The position numbers were made by a program, and so were the translations under genes. A DNA stretch of 64,000 nt from IMG/VR virus record IMGVR_UViG_3300021976_000009; one strand, written 5' to 3'. Below, piece after piece: positions 1 to 9,424 of the stretch; the stretch's first letter is position 1, and the number at the start of each line of letters is the position of its first letter. The stretch comes from an uncultured virus (IMG/VR IMGVR_UViG_3300021976_000009) (lineage: Duplodnaviria > Heunggongvirae > Uroviricota > Caudoviricetes). The notes beneath the pieces were generated by a model. That model did not search any database, was not told where the DNA came from, and saw only the letters and a program-made list of their open reading frames with translations.

Positions 1-99
1 CCTGGCCTGGCTCCCCTGGCCTGGCCTGGCTCCCCTGGCCTGGCCTGGCTCCCCTGGCCTGGCCTGGCTCCCCTGGCCTGGCCTGGCTCCCCTGGCCTG
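1..99. repeat. 19-bp tandem repeat CTCC(CCTGG)3, about 5 units, cut by the window start
   Basis: Read directly from the sequence. Confidence 0.97.
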
Positions 100-123
100 A
101 CAAGTGTAAGACCTAGGGGCATG

Positions 124-158
124 AAAAAAAGCACGCATGGCCTAGGCCATGCGTGCTT
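124..158 (-). terminator. Rho-independent terminator for the minus-strand genes
   Basis: Perfect palindrome AAGCACGCATGGCCTAGGCCATGCGTGCTT (129-158) next to an A7 tract (U-tract on minus), just after the stop at 162. Confidence 0.8.
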
Positions 159-161
159 GGA

Positions 162-458
162 TCACTCCCCGTTCTGAGGCATGGGAGGGTACTTGGCGAT
201 AGTGCGACGTTCGGCCGTTCGATCGGCCAAATTCATGTCGCTTACCAGATCACGAATCATCCGCGTTTCGCGGGAATGCCGGGCGTTTTCGTTCCTGATG
301 AATCGGTCGATACGCGTTGCCGATACTGCATCCATGAGCACGATAACGACCCGTGTGAGGGCAGAACGATCACGTTCATCGGCAGCAAACGCAATCAAGT
401 CGACCGGGTTGATCGGGATCATCCGTACCGGCGGCTTGGAATCGAAATCCTGACACAT
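162..458 (-). CDS. Hypothetical protein (98 aa, start revised to MCQDF)
   Basis: Its leader GGAGTCTAGTT is the same as the one upstream of the 543-1694 gene; followed by a terminator. Confidence 0.6.
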   Translation of the reverse strand: MCQDFDSKPPVRMIPINPVDLIAFAADERDRSALTRVVIVLMDAVSATRIDRFIRNENARHSRETRMIRDLVSDMNLADRTAERRTIAKYPPMPQNGE

Positions 459-500
459 CGAACTAGACTCCACTCTGTGAAGGGTAGGGAATACGGTTCT

Positions 501-533
501 GACACAAGAGCACAGGACTAGACTTCCCATCAT
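501..533. repeat. 33-bp inverted repeat, left copy
   Basis: GACACAAGAGCACAGGACTAGACTTCCCATCAT, 30/33 identical to the reverse complement of 1779-1811. Confidence 0.9.
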
Positions 534-542
534 CACAAGCCG

Positions 543-1694
543 TTACTTGACCGGCTTGGTTCCGTTCGCAAGTCGCTTCACCAGACGATCCCGATCCGTT
601 GTGATCGTCTTCAGATCGGCCATGAGCCGATCACGTTCCTCTGTCATCGTGGCCAGATCGGCACTCACACGGGCGTTGTCACCTAGCAAGCCGTCCCGAT
701 CCGATTTGAGCGTTGCGATATAGCCGATGATTGCCTCAATGGCATCGTCAAGCAGGATCGCCGGATCGCCCCCGGCCCAGCGTAAGACGTTGGCGATAGC
801 CTCAATCTCGACTCCGGTTCCGTACTTGGCACCGAATGTCTCGACTTGCTCCCCGATATCCTTCGCTGACTTGGACTTGACCGGAGGGGTGTCTTGCTCG
901 TTGTTGACGGTAAGGAATTTCTTCCAAGCCGATTTGAACGTTCTACCCTCTGTCCGCACACCGCAACCGGCTTTCTGATCAATCAAGAAAGCCTTATACA
1001 ACTCGTTGAGGGCCTCTTGACCGACCTTGACGAACGGCACGTCAGCGACGCCCGACTTTTCCTTCTCGAATTCCGCAAAGACGGTAGGCATCGCATAGAT
1101 CATGCGGAGCCTACGCACCTTGTTCTTGTCCCGCTCGAAACGGATCGCGAGTTGACCGTCAGTCATCTTGCACGCGTAGTAATACCGGCCGATCTCAGCG
1201 GCCCGTTCCGCCTCATTCAATTCCTTCCGGCCTGAATGATCGGCCATGATCAGGGTTTCCTGATCACGGGTAAGACCAGTGTAGACCAGACCGAAAATGT
1301 GGTGGAAGGGGAGGGTACTCTCGTTGGCCTCAATGCCATCGGCAATCCGCCGTTCGCGTTCCTGCTGCCGAATGAGAGTCATCATCGTGTGGCGGAGATT
1401 GCCGTTAAGCACGAGAAGCGATCCATCCGTCTGAACACTAAAGTTCATCGGATCGCCACGCCGTTCCAACCCGTGATCCCTTAACGATTCGTACAGCACC
1501 TTGTTGGCACCATACGCATAGTTCAATTCCGACCGGATGTTGAATGCCCGGTCGATATGCGTGGTTGCAAACACGATGTTAGACGTAAAGGTCGGATCGG
1601 CGATCATCTTGAGTGCGTTCCGTTTCGCCACTCCCGCCGCGATGTCAGCGGCAGACAACTCCTCAACTACATCCGTAGAAAGTCGCTTTGCCAT
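543..1694 (-). CDS. Divergent ParB/Spo0J-like protein with C-terminal coiled coil
   Basis: LYESLRDHGL...LLVLNGNLRH (GxxR-type motif), RKELNEAERA, HTH-like MTDGQLAIRFERDKNKVRR, heptad tail; RBS GGAG. Confidence 0.65.
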   Translation of the reverse strand: MAKRLSTDVVEELSAADIAAGVAKRNALKMIADPTFTSNIVFATTHIDRAFNIRSELNYAYGANKVLYESLRDHGLERRGDPMNFSVQTDGSLLVLNGNLRHTMMTLIRQQERERRIADGIEANESTLPFHHIFGLVYTGLTRDQETLIMADHSGRKELNEAERAAEIGRYYYACKMTDGQLAIRFERDKNKVRRLRMIYAMPTVFAEFEKEKSGVADVPFVKVGQEALNELYKAFLIDQKAGCGVRTEGRTFKSAWKKFLTVNNEQDTPPVKSKSAKDIGEQVETFGAKYGTGVEIEAIANVLRWAGGDPAILLDDAIEAIIGYIATLKSDRDGLLGDNARVSADLATMTEERDRLMADLKTITTDRDRLVKRLANGTKPVK

Positions 1695-1778
1695 GAAACT
1701 AGACTCCCAAGTCGACCCGTTTTCAGGCGGGTTGACGAACCATTGAGACCATCATGCACGATGTTGTGCATGATGGAA

Positions 1779-1811
1779 ATGATGGGAAGCCTAGTCCTAG
1801 GCTCTTGTGTC
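1779..1811. repeat. 33-bp inverted repeat, right copy
   Basis: ATGATGGGAAGCCTAGTCCTAGGCTCTTGTGTC; adjacent hairpin at 1749-1776. Confidence 0.9.
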
Positions 1812-2236
1812 CCAACAACCGAATTTTCAAAGAACATGCGATAGAGACTCGCGGGACCGAATCCCGCGATACGCACCCAACGTTGTCCGTTAGGCCATCC
1901 GTTCCGTTTCACTCACACCGCACTACCACAATGGTAGGTTACCGATGGGAGTGCAAGCCCGAATCTTCTAGAGACTCTAGTTTGACGTTGCCGGAAAGCA
2001 TCAATGCACCATAGTGGCCCTAGAAGCCTCTAGGACGCGTTGTGCCCCATTCAAGGTAGGATCATCCCATCCCTACCCTGAAAGCCCCGGGATAAGCACC
2101 TCCTAATCCGATAGACTTGTTTGAAAGGTGATCCCGAGCCGCTAGTGCCCATAGGTGCGATTGTGCCCCTATGCCAGTATGATTCGATCATCCTACCCTG
2201 ACATGCCCCTCAGAACCGATCCTAGAGCGTTCTACG

Positions 2237-2388
2237 GGCATGGCTCCCCTCCCCTGGCATGGCTCCCCTCCCCTGGCGTGGCTCCCCTCCCCTGGCGTGG
2301 CTCCCCTCCCCTGGCGTGGCTCCCCTCCCCTGGCGTGGCTCCCCTCCCCTGGCGTGGCTCCCCTCCCCTGGCGTGGCTCCCCTCCCCT
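2237..2388. repeat. 19-bp tandem repeat GGC(A/G)TGGCTCCCCTCCCCT x8
   Basis: Read directly; first two units have A, the other six have G. Confidence 0.97.
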
Positions 2389-2470
2389 CCCGATTGGACA
2401 AGCCCATTGCCATGGCCTACCGTCTAGTAGTGGTGGTAACGATCGGACGACGAACGAAGGGGAAACGACA

Positions 2471-2656
2471 ATGGCCATTCATGATGACAACGCAAGGTCC
2501 ACTCGTGAGCGTATGGGCCTTACCATCGAACGTAGCCTAGCTGTCATCGAACGTCGCATGGATGCATGCTCCGGCCTACGCAACATGCACGCATCCAAGG
2601 AATGGGCCAGATACGTGCATGCATACTTCCTCTTATGTGAACGTAAGGGATCATGA
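2471..2656 (+). CDS. Hypothetical protein (61 aa, MAIHDDN)
   Basis: RBS GAAGGGG upstream; long hairpin downstream. Confidence 0.55.
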   Translation: MAIHDDNARSTRERMGLTIERSLAVIERRMDACSGLRNMHASKEWARYVHAYFLLCERKGS

Positions 2657-2681
2657 GCAACATCTTGCCTGTCAAGCCCAT

Positions 2682-2719
2682 GAGGGGAATTATCATCATC
2701 ACCGATGATAATTCCCCTC
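2682..2719 (+). terminator. 16-bp stem hairpin, possible terminator (no clear U-tract)
   Basis: GAGGGGAATTATCATC-atcacc-GATGATAATTCCCCTC. Confidence 0.5.
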
Positions 2720-2800
2720 GTCTCGTTGCAAATTCACATCACGGGGTGGGTCAAATTCCCATCAACAGGTCGGCATGATATCATGCATCCACCGCCCGCC

Positions 2801-2925
2801 CCATGCTGTACGAACTTTTGGGAAAATTGATCCTGGAACATGTTTCTCTGATAGAGAAGCCAGTCCATGCTGTACGAACTTTTGGGAAAATTGATCCTGG
2901 AACATGTTTCTCTGATAGAGAAGCC
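2801..2925. repeat. 61-bp perfect direct repeat x2 (2801-2861, 2865-2925)
   Basis: Read directly; each copy contains TTCTCTGATAGAGAA, a variant of the genome-wide palindrome. Confidence 0.95.
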
Positions 2926-3010
2926 CAGGTATCCATTTTTAGGGAATACATATCTAATAGAGAAGATGCATTGAATCGACTGCACAAGCTCAAAAGTGAA
3001 TTTCCCATTT

Positions 3011-3050
3011 TTCAAAATTCAAAATTCAAAATTCAAAATTCAAAATTCAA
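3011..3050. repeat. 7-bp tandem repeat TTCAAAA x5.7
   Basis: Read directly. Confidence 0.95.
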
Positions 3051-3194
3051 TTTTCAAAAATTTACGTTTCGTAAAAGTCTATTAGATTTCCTGTGGCCGC
3101 TTCGCGGCGATTTCCTGTGAAAAGCCTTCAGATCGACTATGATTTTCACACTTTCTGGACTGAAAATGTGCCAGAAATAATCCTCCATTTTGCT

Positions 3195-3225
3195 GAAAAA
3201 ATCCTGAAAATGACCGTATACTATC
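3195..3225 (+). promoter_or_regulatory. Putative promoter GAAAAAA-N9-TGACCGTATACTAT heading the virion operon
   Basis: Same motif and spacing at 44550-44580 (-) and 44863-44892 (+). Confidence 0.7.
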
Positions 3226-3337
3226 ATAGCAGTGGGCTGTAGCATGCCGTGTGGCACGCCGTGTGGCACAAATCCGGTCCAAAAAACGTGAAACTCGTCA
3301 ACGTCGGAACGGTGAAACTCTAATAGAGGCAACCCTT

Positions 3338-3694
3338 ATGATTCATTTTCCGGAAGAGTTTCCTCTGGATGCATTGAGTGTCCTGGGGCCAATCATTCGC
3401 TCTGGCGGAACTATCACCGATCCCATTGCAGCAGGTGAGGCCGTGCTCACTCTCCAGGGTTATGGGATGGGTCAGTGGCTTGGGACGACCCATACCGTGG
3501 GAGCAACTGCACCTCCCAATGTGAGTGAACTTGAGCAGGTCGATAGAGCGACGGCATTGGCCGCTCTCGACTCTCTTGAAGAGGGTTCGCACACCGGAGA
3601 CCCCAATCTGGTAGGCAAATTTGATCCCAAGCAATTGGGCAAATTCGCATTGCAAATCGCCAAGTTCATCCTCCCATTCCTTATTGGCCTTTAA
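3338..3694 (+). CDS. Hypothetical protein with hydrophobic/amphipathic C-terminus
   Basis: ATG after GAGG; ends KFALQIAKFILPFLIGL. Confidence 0.7.
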   Translation: MIHFPEEFPLDALSVLGPIIRSGGTITDPIAAGEAVLTLQGYGMGQWLGTTHTVGATAPPNVSELEQVDRATALAALDSLEEGSHTGDPNLVGKFDPKQLGKFALQIAKFILPFLIGL

Positions 3695-3718
3695 CACCTC
3701 ACGCTAACTAAGGAATTT

Positions 3719-4396
3719 ATGGGAACGCTATCCAAACTCCTAATTTTGGCGGCACTCTCTCTTGGCCAAATTGAAGGCCCGGATAGCGTTCCCACCCACC
3801 AAATTGCCACCGTAACTACCGATGTGGTAGCGGACGGTTATATTTGGTTCGTTTTTCCTATCGAACCAAATACCGAAGCTCTCCAATCCAATCCCAAAGT
3901 TTTCCAATTTACTGGCAGTCCCGGGGTACATCAAGTTTCTCTAGTGCCATTGAAAGATGGCATTCCCCAAGGGAAATTTTGGAAAACGGTAACCTTTGGC
4001 CCAACGGGACCTATTCCACCTCCGGGACCCACTCCCCCGCCACCTCCTCCAGGGCCAACTCCTCCTCCAGGGCCATTACCTCCGCCCACTCCCATAACGG
4101 AACCTGTTCATGTCACTTTGATCTATGATATGGATAGGATAGCCACTTCACGGCCGGCGGTAGTAAGCAACTTATCTATTAGAGAAGCTGCCAAGAAATT
4201 GAATATCTTTTGGCGAACTTATGATGATTCGTCATCTGATCTCATTCCGTTGAAGATTCTCCCCACCATTGAAAAAATTGGTGTTCCCGCTCTTGTTATC
4301 CAACGTACCAATGGAACTGTGATAGATGTTCTTCCCTGCCCAGCCACTCCGAATAGCGTGATTGATCTCTTTAACGTTATTAGAGGTAATCCGTAA
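3719..4396 (+). CDS. Secreted Pro-rich protein (signal peptide, beta domain, PxP linker, thioredoxin-like C-domain without CxxC)
   Basis: MGTLSKLLILAALSLGQ; PPPGPTPPPPPPGP; GVPALVIQ. Confidence 0.7.
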   Translation: MGTLSKLLILAALSLGQIEGPDSVPTHQIATVTTDVVADGYIWFVFPIEPNTEALQSNPKVFQFTGSPGVHQVSLVPLKDGIPQGKFWKTVTFGPTGPIPPPGPTPPPPPPGPTPPPGPLPPPTPITEPVHVTLIYDMDRIATSRPAVVSNLSIREAAKKLNIFWRTYDDSSSDLIPLKILPTIEKIGVPALVIQRTNGTVIDVLPCPATPNSVIDLFNVIRGNP

Positions 4397-4401
4397 ATCC
4401 T

Positions 4402-5256
4402 ATGGCTAGCGAACTTGAGACCATTGTTGATCCATACACTGGAGAAACTCGTTATCTTGGTTCGCTGCCAAGTGATCCTCGTTTGGTGGCCGCTTTACCG
4501 ACATACGTTGGAGAAATTCTTCCTCCTAGCGAACTAATGGATTTCAATGATTTCTCTCCCGATCTGTTGATCAAAGATCAAAACGGACAGGGAGCGTGTA
4601 ATGGTTTCGCTTCCGCAGCGGTGATAGAACAGTCCAGATTTGTTCAGGGAATGGATCACGTTCTGCTCTCAGGTAGCTATGTTTATAGCATTCTCTGTAA
4701 TGGTCGTGATCGTGGCAGTAACATTCTTCAAGCATACAAGCTCCTGATTGATCAAGGTGTCGCTCCGGAGTCCCAAGTCCCTTATCTTACGCTTAATCCG
4801 AACAAGCTCACTGCTGAAGCTCATCGTGACGCCGCCAATTATAAAATGGAATTTGGAGCCGCCTACCAATCTTGGCGGCAAATTGTTAGTGCAGTCTACT
4901 TACGCGAGAATATGAATCTGTCAGTTTGTGTCGGACGCCATTTTTCCAATCTCGATAGTGAGGGCGTGGCTGGATTGGATAAGGGTCAAGGCAACCATGC
5001 GGTTGCCGTTGGACTTGGCTTGAAATTCTCGAAGAAATGGGGCTGGCTTGTCCTTATGCGAAACTCCTGGAGTACCAAATGGGGTAACAAGGGAATGTGT
5101 TGGTTGGCAGAAGCTCATATCGAAGCTGGCTCTTACTTTGAGTGTTTCTCTGTTAGAGCCGTCAAGGATGATCCAACGGGCAAAAAGAATCCTCCGGTTG
5201 TTATCTTAGATAACTTACCTAAGCGAACGACCTGGAAAATGGCATCCGCCGCGTAG
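4402..5256 (+). CDS. Papain-like (C1 family) cysteine peptidase
   Basis: DQNGQGAC (Q...C), NHAV (H), RNSWSTKWGNKG (N). Confidence 0.92.
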   Translation: MASELETIVDPYTGETRYLGSLPSDPRLVAALPTYVGEILPPSELMDFNDFSPDLLIKDQNGQGACNGFASAAVIEQSRFVQGMDHVLLSGSYVYSILCNGRDRGSNILQAYKLLIDQGVAPESQVPYLTLNPNKLTAEAHRDAANYKMEFGAAYQSWRQIVSAVYLRENMNLSVCVGRHFSNLDSEGVAGLDKGQGNHAVAVGLGLKFSKKWGWLVLMRNSWSTKWGNKGMCWLAEAHIEAGSYFECFSVRAVKDDPTGKKNPPVVILDNLPKRTTWKMASAA

Positions 5257-5280
5257 TTCTCTATTAGATTCGAGGAGTCG

Positions 5281-5859
5281 ATGGGATTATACGAACGTGA
5301 ACCTTCTGAAACACCTATCAAAAAAGTGCCCTATCCTGATCATCCTAATCGGTGTCAGGCAGTTGGCGGTTCTCATGGTGATCAATGTTTCAACTTAGCA
5401 GCTCCGGAATCGAAATATTGCCTTGCTCACAGTGGTAATTTTGCAGTAGCTCAAACTCAATTGAAGGAATTGAATCTCTATCGTGTAAAAAAGTACGAAA
5501 AACGTATTCGCGAATTCAAAGAGGCGAATGGTGCTCGCGGTCTCGAAGAAGAATTGGCCATCATGAGGATGGTATTGGAAGAAATCCTCCTCAAGTGTGA
5601 GAATGAAGGGGAAATGGGCCTCCTTCTCTATTCCACCAAGATATCGGAGACTGTTCGCGATATCAAAACCCTGGTGTTGTCCGTTGAGCGTCTATCAAGC
5701 AAGGCGGGATTGACCATCGGACGTTCTCAGGGAGTAGTATTGGCAGGTAAGGTGGTCGATATCATCTCTCGTCATGTCACCGATATGGAGGCCCTTAACC
5801 GGATTGCTAATGATATCGGTGAAGCTTTTGTCATGCCTGATCCTGAAAATGCGGAGTAA
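5281..5859 (+). CDS. Putative terminase small subunit
   Basis: Immediately upstream of TerL; helical, with an N-terminal C-C-C-H cluster. Confidence 0.5.
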   Translation: MGLYEREPSETPIKKVPYPDHPNRCQAVGGSHGDQCFNLAAPESKYCLAHSGNFAVAQTQLKELNLYRVKKYEKRIREFKEANGARGLEEELAIMRMVLEEILLKCENEGEMGLLLYSTKISETVRDIKTLVLSVERLSSKAGLTIGRSQGVVLAGKVVDIISRHVTDMEALNRIANDIGEAFVMPDPENAE

Positions 5860-5883
5860 CTCTAATAGAGTTAGTTGATCCTA

Positions 5884-7539
5884 ATGCACTCTATCGAGAA
5901 ATTGATTACGAGAAAGATACATGAGGGACTTTCCCGGAAAGCATTAACAAAATGCAGCGAATGGGCCAGTCGATATAGGGTGATGGGTGTTCCTTATCCA
6001 GGAAAATGGACATTCGATCATCACCCTTGGCTCCGGGATATGCACGACAGTGATGCCGAAATGAATATCGGCCAAAAAGCAGCCCAAATGGGCTATACCG
6101 AAACCGTATTGAACCGTGTTCTTTTCAATATTGATATGAGGGCGATAGATTGCCTATACCTTCTACCAAGTTGGAAACCCGATGCCACAGACTTTTCGTC
6201 GGGCCGTTTTAAAGCGGCTATTGAACTCTCACCTCATATCTGTGACGTATTTTCTGACGTTTCTAATGTTGGTCATAAGCGTGCTGGTCTGGCTAACCTT
6301 TATATTCGTGGTAGTCATTCCCGATCTCAATTGAAATCTATTCCTGTCGGTCAGATCGTCATTGATGAAAAAGACGAAATGACTCAGGAAAATGTTCCAC
6401 TGGCATTTGAGCGTCAAAGTGGCCAAGTTACTCGTGAAACATGGCAAATTAGCACCCCAACAGTTCCAGAATTCGGCATTAACGCTGATTTTATTAGATC
6501 GAGTCAAAACCATTTCTATTTTACGTGTCCAAGTTGCTCACGTTTCGTTGAACTTGAGTTTCCTGGCTGTTTGGTAGTGACTGCCGATAGCTTAATGGAC
6601 CCTTCTCTAAAAGATTCGCATGTAATTTGTCCCCAATGTAAGGCGAAATTGCCCCATGAGACGAAAAAAGAGTGGTTAGGTAACGCTAAGTGGATTGAAA
6701 GCTTTTCACAACGTGATTGGAAAGGCTGGTATATCAATCAACTGTACTCAATTAACTTGGAACCTTGGAAAATAGCGGAGACGGCTCTCAAAGCTCAAAC
6801 GAATCCCGCCGAGGAACATGAATTTTGGAACTCCAAGGGCGGTCTTCCTCATATTGTCACAGGTGCGGGTGTTACAGATGCCGATCTCATAGCTTGTATC
6901 TCTAGCTACCGCCTTTTCGCCAGTTACAATGGTAATCGTGTAGTTACAATGGGCATTGACGTTGGTTATCCTAACTGCCATTACGAAATTGATGAATGGT
7001 TACTGCCTCCGGCGGGAACTGCGATAGTTGATATCAATCAGTATGCTAAGCCTCGGATACTTTCCATTGGAACAGTACCTACTTTTGCTGAAGCCGGTAC
7101 TCTATTAGAGAATTTTCGAGTGAACTTTTGTGTAGTGGACGCCCAACCTGAACGTCGAGCAGCTTTGGAATTTGCTAACAAGTATTATGGTAAAGTTCGC
7201 CTCTGTACCTATGAGCAAGGTATCACTGGAAAGTCAATTCACACTGATATACATGAGCCCCGAGTGAAAGTTGATCGTACTAGCTGGCTCGATCTCTCCT
7301 TAGGACGTTTTAAGTCGCGAACTATCAGGATTGCTGCTGATATGCCCGAGGAATGGAAATCTCATATCAAAAATCAGGTTAGAGTATATGAAAAAGATAG
7401 AGCCGGAAATCCAACAGGCCGATATATCACCCCCACGGGTGAGGATCATTTCGGGCACGCTCGAAATTACGCTGAAATTGCACTCCCTCTTGCCTGTGAA
7501 ATGGCCGCACCCATCAATATTGAAAGTTCAGTCTTCTGA
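5884..7539 (+). CDS. terL: Terminase large subunit, lambda GpA-like
   Basis: KAAQMGYTE (Walker A), IVIDEKD (Walker B), ISTP, CPSC/CPQC, MGIDVG and DHFGHA nuclease motifs. Confidence 0.92.
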   Translation: MHSIEKLITRKIHEGLSRKALTKCSEWASRYRVMGVPYPGKWTFDHHPWLRDMHDSDAEMNIGQKAAQMGYTETVLNRVLFNIDMRAIDCLYLLPSWKPDATDFSSGRFKAAIELSPHICDVFSDVSNVGHKRAGLANLYIRGSHSRSQLKSIPVGQIVIDEKDEMTQENVPLAFERQSGQVTRETWQISTPTVPEFGINADFIRSSQNHFYFTCPSCSRFVELEFPGCLVVTADSLMDPSLKDSHVICPQCKAKLPHETKKEWLGNAKWIESFSQRDWKGWYINQLYSINLEPWKIAETALKAQTNPAEEHEFWNSKGGLPHIVTGAGVTDADLIACISSYRLFASYNGNRVVTMGIDVGYPNCHYEIDEWLLPPAGTAIVDINQYAKPRILSIGTVPTFAEAGTLLENFRVNFCVVDAQPERRAALEFANKYYGKVRLCTYEQGITGKSIHTDIHEPRVKVDRTSWLDLSLGRFKSRTIRIAADMPEEWKSHIKNQVRVYEKDRAGNPTGRYITPTGEDHFGHARNYAEIALPLACEMAAPINIESSVF

Positions 7540-7584
7540 TAATCATCCACATTGCCATACCACTATATCTAATAGAGAAACATA

Positions 7585-9411
7585 ATGCCCGTAAGTGCTG
7601 TTCCCAATATTGAACCGAAAGTTGGCCGAATTTGTGATGTACTACATCCATTTTATCGGCGTTGGGTCAATAGTTGGCGGAAATGGCGACTTACTTATGA
7701 GGGCGGTGATGCATTTATACACAAATATCTTGTTAAATTTTCTAATAGAGAGAACGATAAGGAATTTCAGCAGCGAAAACGTCTCGCTTATTGCCCCGCC
7801 TTTGCCAAAGCAGCCATTTTCGAGATCCGAAATGCCGCTTTTAAGCGATCTGGTGATATCCATCGTGAAGGAGGAACATCTTCCTACCAAAACGCAGTAA
7901 ATGGCAAGGATAATGGAGTTGATCTCGAAGGTTCGGATATGAATTACTTCATGAACATCAAAGTTCTTGAAGAACTTCTACCGATGCAATATGTTGGCAT
8001 TTTCGTTGATATGCCCGCCGATGTTGGCCCTTCTCTATTAGAGGCGAAAGATAAGCGTCCTTATATTTACATTTATCAGGTTGAGGATATCCGTTCGTAC
8101 ACAAAAGACCCTTATGGCAAGCCTTGGGAATACTCTTCTGTACTTTTGATGGATCATACTTACATTTATGATCATGAAACCAATCTCCCTACCGATGAAT
8201 GCTCCCGTTATCGCTATCTTTATCTGAAAGCTACTGAACAGGGCCAGCGTGTCTTCGTAAAATATTATGATCATCATGGAAGACCAATAGATGCCAATGG
8301 TATTTCCGTAGAGGAAACCTATGAGCAACAAGTTGGCAATTTGCAGAAAATTCCCTTTATCCTTCTTAAGATTAGCCATTCACTGCTCGCTGACGTGGCA
8401 AATTACCAAATTGCGTACCTTAATTTGGCTTCTGGAGACATTTGGTACGGATCGCGGGCCAATTTCCCGTTTTACATTGAACCATTTGATCCTAAAAGTC
8501 AATCACCTTACGTTAAACGTACCGGGACTGATGAGTTCGATGCCACTGATCCTGAAACGTCTGTTATTACTACAACAACGTCAGATGAAATCACTGTTGG
8601 TCCGACCCGTGGACGAAGGTACGTTACCGGAACGAATCAACCGGCTTTCATCCATCCCTCGTCGGAGCCTATGAAGGCTTCGATGATGAAACAGGATCAG
8701 CTTAAGGCTGAAATCCGCCAATTGGTCAATTTATCCTTAGCGTCTCTTAATCCGGGGTTTGCCTCAGCGGAGAGTAAAGGTGTCGACGAACATTCCCTCC
8801 AAAATGGGCTTAGTTACCTCGCAACAGTTCTTCAATACGCTGAGAACCGCATTGGTTACTTCTGGTCACTCTATGAGGGAAGTAAGAGTTTCCCTGAAAT
8901 CCAATACCCTGAGCAGCATCAATTTCTTTCCCCTGAGCAAATTGACAAAGAGATCAAAACTCTAGTAGAGTTGATCGACAAAACAACCTCGCTTACTTTG
9001 AAAAAGCGCTGCATGAAAGTGATAGCGGAACTGAAAATTGCCGAATATGTCACAATGGTTGAACTCAAGAAAATTTATCAGGAAATTGATAATGCCGATG
9101 TCGTTATCGGTGATGCTCTTAATATCAAGAACGATATTGAAAGTGGCATTGTCTCTCTAGGGACGGCTAGCAAGGCTCGTGGTTATCCTGATGGCGAAGT
9201 TGAAAAGGCCGCCAAAGATCATGCCGATCGTATAGCCAGAGTGATGGTGGCCCAAACTGATGCTCCAACTGATGCTGTTGATGACAAAAAGGCTCGTGGT
9301 GTACCTGATCTATCTGGTAATCCTGCCAGTGGCCGTGAAGAAAAAGCTGAAGTGAAGGACCCGACCACTAAGACTGAACCAACTGATCCAACTAGAGGTC
9401 CTGGTAAATAA
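7585..9411 (+). CDS. Portal protein
   Basis: Follows TerL; YEGGDAF...YL...RE...F..RK..AY pattern, VDLEG, GIFVDMP. Confidence 0.85.
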   Translation: MPVSAVPNIEPKVGRICDVLHPFYRRWVNSWRKWRLTYEGGDAFIHKYLVKFSNRENDKEFQQRKRLAYCPAFAKAAIFEIRNAAFKRSGDIHREGGTSSYQNAVNGKDNGVDLEGSDMNYFMNIKVLEELLPMQYVGIFVDMPADVGPSLLEAKDKRPYIYIYQVEDIRSYTKDPYGKPWEYSSVLLMDHTYIYDHETNLPTDECSRYRYLYLKATEQGQRVFVKYYDHHGRPIDANGISVEETYEQQVGNLQKIPFILLKISHSLLADVANYQIAYLNLASGDIWYGSRANFPFYIEPFDPKSQSPYVKRTGTDEFDATDPETSVITTTTSDEITVGPTRGRRYVTGTNQPAFIHPSSEPMKASMMKQDQLKAEIRQLVNLSLASLNPGFASAESKGVDEHSLQNGLSYLATVLQYAENRIGYFWSLYEGSKSFPEIQYPEQHQFLSPEQIDKEIKTLVELIDKTTSLTLKKRCMKVIAELKIAEYVTMVELKKIYQEIDNADVVIGDALNIKNDIESGIVSLGTASKARGYPDGEVEKAAKDHADRIARVMVAQTDAPTDAVDDKKARGVPDLSGNPASGREEKAEVKDPTTKTEPTDPTRGPGK

Positions 9412-9424
9412 CCAGGGAACATAA

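Noticed and set aside
2155..2540. Pro/Gly-rich repeat ORFs across the 19-bp array
   Set aside because: They are open in several frames only because the repeat lacks stop codons. The period is not a multiple of 3, and the real gene probably starts at 2471.
2734..3332. Short ORFs over the repeat block (e.g. NSKFKIQNSKF)
   Set aside because: They are translations of DNA repeats without RBS support, and the region looks regulatory.
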